Origin: Thermomicrobiales bacterium
GTDB lineage: Bacteria > Chloroflexota > Chloroflexia > Thermomicrobiales > JALYUS01
NCBI GenBank assembly: GCA_051002645.1
Contig: JBPCMC010000237.1
Location: 1-40,098 of the forward strand
Reading direction: 5' to 3'
DNA length: 40,098 nucleotides
Shown here: positions 34,862 through 40,098 of the stretch, one piece after another
Layout: each line of letters begins with the position of its first letter
How positions within the stretch are numbered: the first letter of the stretch is position 1
Notes under the pieces: generated by a model
What the model was told of the DNA's origin: nothing
The model's input: only the letters and a program-made list of their open reading frames with translations
Databases searched by the model: none
Translations under genes and position numbers: made by a program

Positions 34862-36959
34862 CGTCGAGAATCCTTCCGTACCCCACCGTTTGATCCGTGG
34901 GCGTAGCGGCGGCGCTGGATTCGAGGACGATCATCGCGCCGTCCGGGGCGATGGCGACATCAGTCGGGCGGCGGAGGCCGGTGAGGAAGGTGTGGACGCT
35001 CACCTGGAAGTTCCCCAGCGAGACCTCCGTCAGTGTCAGTCGCAGGACGGAGAAGCCGCGCACCTCGCCCGAACGCTCGACATTGCCGTACATGGCGAGG
35101 AAAGCGTCGCCCCGATAGGCGGCGGGGAAGAGGTGGCTGCCCGCCGTCGCGGTGTAGAAGGCGAGGCCGCCGGGCGCGGAATGGGGCGTGAAGGTGTACG
35201 ACGGATTCTGGCTGTCGAGGCCGTCACTATTGAGCGAGTCGGGGCCGATGTTCGGGATCGGCGGGACGAAGGTGATGCCGGGCGGTTCCGGCGGAGCGTC
35301 CGGCTCGGGGTTCGCGACGTTGTTGCCGAAGCGATACGGGAAGCCGTAGTGCTTGCCCTGCTGGACGTAATTCAGTTCCTCGGGTAGATCGTTCTGCGGG
35401 CCGTGGTCGGCGTCGAAGAGTCTGCCGTCCGCGCGGAAGGCCATGCCGAAGGGGTTGCGGATGCCGTCCGCGAAGAGTGCAAACGGGCTGTTCGGCACGG
35501 TGGCGCTGATGCGGAAGATGGCGGAGGTCTCCGGCACCTCGCCCTTGCCGCCGTCCTGCTCGCCGTGGTCGGTGTGCGAGCCCGCGCCAATATAGAGCAT
35601 CCCGTCCGGCCCGACCTTCAGCGCGGTGATCTCGTGGTTGAAGCGGAGATTGCCGCCGGGATATTGGATGCGATTGAGGACGGTGATCGTGTCCACCGCG
35701 CCGTCGCCGTTCGTGTCCGTGACGCGCAGCACCTCGCCGGTGTGCGTTGTGCTCTCACCGGATTGGCTCGGCGGTTGGAGGCAGCGGACGGCATAGAGCG
35801 TGCCGTCCGGCGCGAAGTCCGCCCCGTAGAAGACCTGCGGCGTTGGGTCGCTGCTGCGGAGGCTGAGGATGAGCCGCTTCGTCCCGGCGGCGCGGTCGAT
35901 CTGGAAAAGATTACCGCTCGTCGTCAGCACATGGAGCACGCCCGTTTGTGGCTGGAAGAGGGCGCGGATCGGTGGGCCGTCACTCTGCGCGAAGTCGAGC
36001 ACGCTATGGAGCGCGAACCCGGCAGGCGCGGCGGGCAGCGGCAGCGACGATGGTGTGACGGCTGGCGTCGGCCCTGGTGTTGGAGTCGGGCCGCTGGTGG
36101 GCGTCGTCAGGTAGCGCCAGGTGTAATAGTGCTGGCCGATGTTGCCGAACTCGACCTTGAAGGGATCGGGATTCGTCGGCGTGTAGGTGAGCACACGCCG
36201 CTCGAATCCCTGCGCCATCACTGTGCGCGCCGTCCCTTCCACTTTGACTTCCGCCCAGAACGGCTCGGTGACGGCGAGGCCGACAGCGGGCGTCCCCGCC
36301 TTCGTGCGGAAGTCGGCAAAGGCGCGCGGCACGCGGTGGCCGGTGATCGCGTCGTAGTCGTTGACGGATGCTTGCGGGTCCGACCCTCCGGCGGCGTACT
36401 GCGCGGGTGGTGCGCCGAGTTTGAGGAGCATCGTGACCGGAGCACTATCCTGTGCGACTTTTGCCGTCACCGATTGGAGGTCGGCATAGGTCGGGAAGGT
36501 GTTATCCGGGTCACCGGCGACGGGTACGGCGGCGGGCTGGCGCTGCTCGAAGGTGGTGTCGCCCGTTTGCAGGCGACCGGAGAGCAGTTCGACGGTGAGG
36601 AGGCCGTTCGTTACCGAGCCGCCCGGCGTCGTCTGCTCCATGCGCGCCTTATCGAAGTACTGGACGAGCCGCTTCCCCGCCATGACAATCGCCGGGCAGA
36701 GCGCGCCGGGCGGGCAGACCGGCCCCGCCGTCCCCTCCGCGTAGGGCTCCAGTTGCCCATCTCGTGCATTTGCGAGCGGCCCCCAGAAGTTCGTCACGAT
36801 CACTTCGCCCTGCTGCCACTGCGCATCGAACGTGGCGGAGGCGAAGGAGGTTGAGGCAGTCGCCGGAGCGGTACTGAAGAGCGCGAGCGTGACGGGCAGC
36901 AGGAGTGCGATTGCCGACCCGAGCGCCGTTCGTCGTCCCGCCCGCCAGCGACTACTCAT
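34848..36959 (-). CDS. Secreted two-domain protein: unknown N-terminal domain, Pro/Thr linker, PQQ-type glucose/sorbosone-dehydrogenase-like beta-propeller
   Basis: ATG at 36959 after GGGAGGGG. Signal peptide MSSRWRAGRRTALGSAIALLLPVTLALFSTAPATAS and linker TPTSGPTPTPGPTPAVTPSS. The propeller carries GSDH-family motifs HEITALKVGPDGMLYIGAGS, IRNPFGMAF and DHGPQNDLPEELNYVQQGKHYGFPY. Confidence 0.75.
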   Translation of the reverse strand: MSSRWRAGRRTALGSAIALLLPVTLALFSTAPATASTSFASATFDAQWQQGEVIVTNFWGPLANARDGQLEPYAEGTAGPVCPPGALCPAIVMAGKRLVQYFDKARMEQTTPGGSVTNGLLTVELLSGRLQTGDTTFEQRQPAAVPVAGDPDNTFPTYADLQSVTAKVAQDSAPVTMLLKLGAPPAQYAAGGSDPQASVNDYDAITGHRVPRAFADFRTKAGTPAVGLAVTEPFWAEVKVEGTARTVMAQGFERRVLTYTPTNPDPFKVEFGNIGQHYYTWRYLTTPTSGPTPTPGPTPAVTPSSLPLPAAPAGFALHSVLDFAQSDGPPIRALFQPQTGVLHVLTTSGNLFQIDRAAGTKRLILSLRSSDPTPQVFYGADFAPDGTLYAVRCLQPPSQSGESTTHTGEVLRVTDTNGDGAVDTITVLNRIQYPGGNLRFNHEITALKVGPDGMLYIGAGSHTDHGEQDGGKGEVPETSAIFRISATVPNSPFALFADGIRNPFGMAFRADGRLFDADHGPQNDLPEELNYVQQGKHYGFPYRFGNNVANPEPDAPPEPPGITFVPPIPNIGPDSLNSDGLDSQNPSYTFTPHSAPGGLAFYTATAGSHLFPAAYRGDAFLAMYGNVERSGEVRGFSVLRLTLTEVSLGNFQVSVHTFLTGLRRPTDVAIAPDGAMIVLESSAAATPTDQTVGYGRILDVAPA

Positions 36960-37012
36960 GCTGTTCCCCTCCCGCTCATCGCGAATTAATACGGTGGCGG
37001 GAGTATAGCAGA

Positions 37013-37128
37013 GCCCACCCCCTCCCCGCGCCGGGGGGGAACTCATGTCACGCCTTCGTAGCAAACGCGGATTGCCCCGGTGCCGCAGTGTGCTCCCCTC
37101 CCGTGTCGGGAGGGGCTGGGGGGTGGGC
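37013..37128. repeat. Nested palindromic element, variant C (CCCACCCC...GGGGTGGG)
   Basis: The right arm 37093-37128 (CTCCCCTCCCGTGTCGGGAGGGGCTGGGGGGTGGGC) faces a shortened left arm 37013-37040 (GCCCACCCCCCTCCCCGCGCCGGGGGGGA). It lies in the divergent intergenic region. Confidence 0.75.
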
Positions 37129-37138
37129 CAGCGCCGGT

Positions 37139-37167
37139 TTGACGCGCTGCATGCCATATGCTACGTT
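37139..37167 (+). promoter_or_regulatory. Candidate promoter (TTGACG-17 nt-TACGTT) for the cysteine-cluster gene pair
   Basis: Hexamers at 37139-37144 and 37162-37167, about 45 nt upstream of the ATG at 37214. Confidence 0.35.
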
Positions 37168-37213
37168 CGGGGCTATTCCCGCGAATCGATTGGGGCGCGA
37201 CAGAGGGTGATCG

Positions 37214-37831
37214 ATGGCGACGCCGACTATCAGCAGGAAAGAAGCGATCTGGCTCGCGTGCAAGCGGAAGACCTGCTGCCACACGGCGGTGGTAATCCCG
37301 ACCGGTCGGGACGTCTGGCGAATCGCGCGGACGCTCGACGTGCCGCCGTGGTCATTCCTCGTCTTCTTCCCGTCGCCGACTCCCCGGCGCGACGCCTTCC
37401 TTCTCGACCAGTCGGGTCGCCGGTTCCGCCTGGCATTCGGGAAACGCGCGACCCGTCACACAAAGACACCGCCGCCGTGCATCTTTCTGCTGCGCACCTC
37501 GCAGGGGCATCACCGCTGCGGCCTTGGGGAGTTACGCCCGCTCGTCTGCAAGACATTCCCCTGTACCGTCGCGGATGACGTCCTCTCCGTCGGCGACGGC
37601 GCGGAATGCACCTGCCGCGATTGGTCGCTCGCGGATGTGGAGAGTACGGAGGAGCGTGCGCTGATCGCCGAGCGACAGGCGGACGCCGAGGAATACTGTA
37701 CGATCGTGGCGCGATGGAACAGGCAGGTATTGACCGGGCCCGCCGACGTGCGGATCGACTTCCCTACCTATTGCGCACATCTCCTCGCCGCGTACGATGC
37801 GATTGCGGCGGCGGGGGAAGGCGCGCCATGA
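37214..37831 (+). CDS. YkgJ/UPF0153-like cysteine-cluster protein, divergent paralogue 1
   Basis: N-terminal CKRKTCC (C-x4-CC rather than CxxCxxCC), then PCIFLLRTSQGHHRCGLGELRPLVCKTFPC and a C-terminal ARWNRQV motif shared with the next gene. Confidence 0.65.
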   Translation: MATPTISRKEAIWLACKRKTCCHTAVVIPTGRDVWRIARTLDVPPWSFLVFFPSPTPRRDAFLLDQSGRRFRLAFGKRATRHTKTPPPCIFLLRTSQGHHRCGLGELRPLVCKTFPCTVADDVLSVGDGAECTCRDWSLADVESTEERALIAERQADAEEYCTIVARWNRQVLTGPADVRIDFPTYCAHLLAAYDAIAAAGEGAP

Positions 37832-38580
37832 GCGACGCGCTCCATAACCCGTGCGCCACCTGCGGCGCCTGCTGCCGCTCCTATATCGTGCCCGTCTGTG
37901 GGTACGATGTCTGGCTGATTAGCACGCAACAGCGGCTCGGGCCGGAGCAGTTCCTCGTCCCGTGCCCGCAGGAACCTCCCCGCGCCGACGGTTTCTTGCT
38001 CGATCGCGAGGACCCACCCTACGGTCTGGCGCTCGACAAGCGCGGCCAGTTCCATCCGAACCAGCCCTGCGTCTTCCTGATGGACTTGAAGGGCGGCAAC
38101 AGCCGTTGCGGCATCTACGAGCATCGGCCTGTTGTCTGCCAGGCATACCCGATGACCGCGATTGGCACGGTCGTCGCGCAGTTCGACGATGCGCTCTGCC
38201 CGCCCGGTTCCTGGCCCCCGGCGGCGGTTGCTCGCCCGGCATGGCGCGAGGCAATCGCGCGACGCATCATGCACTACGCGATTTACGAGGACGTCGTCTC
38301 GCGCTGGAATGCGCGCGTCATCGCCGCCCCCCCCGGCGCGCAGTTCTCCCTGTACGCATTTTACGATTACCTCATGAACGCCTATGACCGCCTGGATATG
38401 CTCAATCAAGAATTGGGCGCGGAGACCCTCGCGGATATCCAGGATACATGGGGTATGGTTGGTGAGGAGGACAGCGAGCGCACGGCAGCGGAGTCGAATG
38501 CGCCGAACCCCAACTGGCTTGTGTATCGCGATCAAATTCGCTGGCTGCTCGCCGGGTTCTACGCGGAGAGCGCGACCTGA
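37828..38580 (+). CDS. YkgJ/UPF0153-family cysteine-cluster protein (CxxCxxCC), paralogue 2
   Basis: ATG at 37828 overlaps the previous stop (ATGA). Canonical CATCGACCRSY, then PCVFLMDLKGGNSRCGIYEHRPVVCQAYP and SRWNARV. Confidence 0.75.
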   Translation: MSDALHNPCATCGACCRSYIVPVCGYDVWLISTQQRLGPEQFLVPCPQEPPRADGFLLDREDPPYGLALDKRGQFHPNQPCVFLMDLKGGNSRCGIYEHRPVVCQAYPMTAIGTVVAQFDDALCPPGSWPPAAVARPAWREAIARRIMHYAIYEDVVSRWNARVIAAPPGAQFSLYAFYDYLMNAYDRLDMLNQELGAETLADIQDTWGMVGEEDSERTAAESNAPNPNWLVYRDQIRWLLAGFYAESAT

Positions 38581-38614
38581 GATTCCCGCGATTGATGAGG
38601 CTACTCACCGCGTT

Positions 38615-38646
38615 CTCCCCCCCGCGTCGGGAGGGGCCGGGGTGGG
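38615..38646. repeat. Solo arm of palindromic element variant C; doubles as a hairpin between convergent genes
   Basis: CTCCCCCCCGCGTCGGGAGGGGCCGGGGTGGG is nearly identical to arm 37093-37127 and in the same orientation. It is internally self-complementary (CCCCCCCCG-CGT-CGGGAGGGG). Confidence 0.75.
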
Positions 38647-39525
38647 CTATCCGGTCGCCTCGTGACGGAGGACGGCTGCGGTCTCGGCATCGGCGGGGAA
38701 GAACGACTCGATGGCGAGTTCCGCGATGGTGACATCGAGCGGCGTGCCGAAGGTGGCGACCGTGCTGAAGAAGGCGAGTTCTCCGTCGCCGTGGCGGATG
38801 CGCAGCGGGACGACGATGTCGCCGGGTCCGGGGAGGTCGATTGCGGGTTCGGGCTGATCGCACGGGTAGGCGCGCAACTCTTCGTAGAGGTCGGCGAGCG
38901 CGGTGTCGGCGGTGAGGGCGATCTGGCGGCGCAACCGACCGAGCAGATGGGCCCGCCACTCGCCCAGATTGACGATGCGCGGCGCCATGCCATCGGGGTG
39001 CAGGCTCACCCGCAAGGCGTTGGCGGGGGGCGCGAGCAATGCCGGCGCCACCCCATCGGTGAAGAGCGCGAGGCTGGCATTGGCATCGACGAGGTTCCAG
39101 CCCCGATCGACCACTGCGGCGGGGTAGGGCTCATGCGCCGTCAGTACCTGACGTACCGCCGCACGCACGGCGGAGAGGTGCGGATCGTCCAGCGCGGTTT
39201 CGGCGTAGACGGGGGCGTAACCGGCGGCCAGCAGCAGGTGATTACGCTCGCGCAGGGGCAGATCGAGCTGCTCGGCGAGATGGAGGACCATTGCACGGCT
39301 CGGTCGGGAGCGGCTCGTCTCCACGAAACTCAGGTGCCGCGTGGAAATCTCCGCTTGCAGGGCGAGGTCCATCTGGCTCAGTCGGCGATGTTCGCGCCAC
39401 TGACGCAAGAGTTCGCCGACGGGCCGCTGGGGTTGGTGGGCGATAGTCAGATGCCGCGCACCATGCCGCCTCTGGGTCTCGCCCGGTGACTGGTCGAGAT
39501 CGGACACGACGTGGTGCGTAGCCAT
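38647..39525 (-). CDS. MmyB-like transcriptional regulator (XRE-type HTH plus C-terminal PAS-like domain)
   Basis: ATG at 39525 after GGAAGGGA. HTH region GELLRQWREHRRLSQMDLALQAEISTRHLSFVETSRSRPS, then MVLHLAEQLDLPLRERN.LLLAAGYAP and a C-terminal FF.TVATFGTP motif typical of the MmyB family. Confidence 0.8.
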   Translation of the reverse strand: MATHHVVSDLDQSPGETQRRHGARHLTIAHQPQRPVGELLRQWREHRRLSQMDLALQAEISTRHLSFVETSRSRPSRAMVLHLAEQLDLPLRERNHLLLAAGYAPVYAETALDDPHLSAVRAAVRQVLTAHEPYPAAVVDRGWNLVDANASLALFTDGVAPALLAPPANALRVSLHPDGMAPRIVNLGEWRAHLLGRLRRQIALTADTALADLYEELRAYPCDQPEPAIDLPGPGDIVVPLRIRHGDGELAFFSTVATFGTPLDVTIAELAIESFFPADAETAAVLRHEATG

Positions 39526-39545
39526 GGGGTGCTCCCTTCCGGGGA

Positions 39546-39935
39546 TCAGGCGGTGTTGGCCGGTGGCGCGAAGAAGCCGGTGACGGCGCGCAGCCGCCCG
39601 TCGGGTGCGAGGAGGGCAAAATCGACGCCGGCCGCTACCGGCGGGCTGCCATCGGGGGCGGCGAGTTCCCAATCCCACCGCGCCCGGTCGTGGTGGCTGT
39701 CGATCGCACCCGTCAACCGGAAGCGATAGCCGGGGAATTGCTCGTGTACTGCGGCCACCAGCGCATCCAGCCCCTCGTGCCCGTCGGCGGCGAACATCGG
39801 ATCGACGTAACTGGCCTCCCGCGACCATGTCGTGGCGGTCACAGCACGGCGCCGCAGGGGATCGATCTCGTTCCACATCGCGAAGTAGCCGTCCACCACA
39901 TCGCTAATCGGTGTCACATCTTCAATCTGGCTCAT
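39546..39935 (-). CDS. NTF2-like / SnoaL-like small protein
   Basis: 129 aa. YFAMWNE.D...R and an alpha+beta cone-like pattern. It lies 20 nt upstream of the MmyB-like gene on the same strand. Confidence 0.6.
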   Translation of the reverse strand: MSQIEDVTPISDVVDGYFAMWNEIDPLRRRAVTATTWSREASYVDPMFAADGHEGLDALVAAVHEQFPGYRFRLTGAIDSHHDRARWDWELAAPDGSPPVAAGVDFALLAPDGRLRAVTGFFAPPANTA

Positions 39936-40098
39936 GGGTTCCTGGCCTTTCCATTTTCCTCTCGATCAAGGCTTCCACGGCCGTGGTAGCAACATGGCCA
40001 TCATAGTAGCCGTGCATCATCGCGTCGATTACGTGGGAGGTAATGGGATCGGCGTGGGTGTCGGTGGCGGCGGGCTTCAGCCTGCCGCAGCAACGTCC
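39922..40098 (-). CDS. Possible 3' end of a gene running off the right edge
   Basis: Open frame ..ATDTHADPITSHVIDAMMHGYYDGHVATTAVEALIERKMERPGTHEPD-stop, with the stop at 39922-39924 overlapping the NTF2-like start region. It is below the ORF-track length cut-off and I recognise no family. Confidence 0.25.
   Translation of the reverse strand, partial: GRCCGRLKPAATDTHADPITSHVIDAMMHGYYDGHVATTAVEALIERKMERPGTHEPD

Overview
High-GC bacterial chromosomal segment. 60-nt lines I counted by hand in ordinary genes give 63-72 % GC. I support about 38 protein-coding genes and see no rRNA, tRNA or CRISPR array.

Gene content, left to right:
- a GNAT / HAD / MOSC / isochorismatase-family run with overlapping stop-start codons
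- an orphan sugar-binding lipoprotein, an alpha/beta hydrolase and an APH-fold kinase
- a MetE-C-terminal-like methyltransferase
- a cell-envelope glycan cluster in two divergent operons: a flippase-like membrane protein, two SDR epimerase/dehydratases, a DegT-type aminotransferase, a GT2 fused to a ~10-TM domain, and a NodB deacetylase. Its enzyme-family inventory parallels the Arn aminoarabinose pathway.
- inside that cluster, a DinB gene and a clearly AT-richer island encoding a T4 Rnl1-type RNA ligase
- a 1267-aa PAS-GAF-PAS-GAF-PAS-GGDEF-EAL protein
- a haloalkane-dehalogenase-like hydrolase and an MFS transporter
- a peptide ABC importer with no ATPase genes, and a HemL-like class III aminotransferase
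- an AT-richer patch with three small ORFans
- a minus-strand operon combining a secreted GSDH-like beta-propeller, an APH-fold kinase, iolD and an iolE-like gene
- two translationally coupled YkgJ-type cysteine-cluster paralogues
- an MmyB-like regulator and an NTF2-like protein

The most unusual sequence-level property is the density of intergenic palindromic elements, which fall into two kinds:
- a nested-palindrome family with CCTAACCCC...GGGGTTAGG termini, plus CCTCAC and CCCACC variants
- hairpins whose stems are built from short tandem 7-9-mers

These elements repeatedly supply neighbouring genes with stop codons, C-terminal tails, a translated N-terminal segment and a Shine-Dalgarno. 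They also bracket two gene modules.

The repeat style and gene content suggest Chloroflexota. That is an inference I cannot verify without a database search. All product calls rest on my recognition of motifs in the supplied translations, not on searches.
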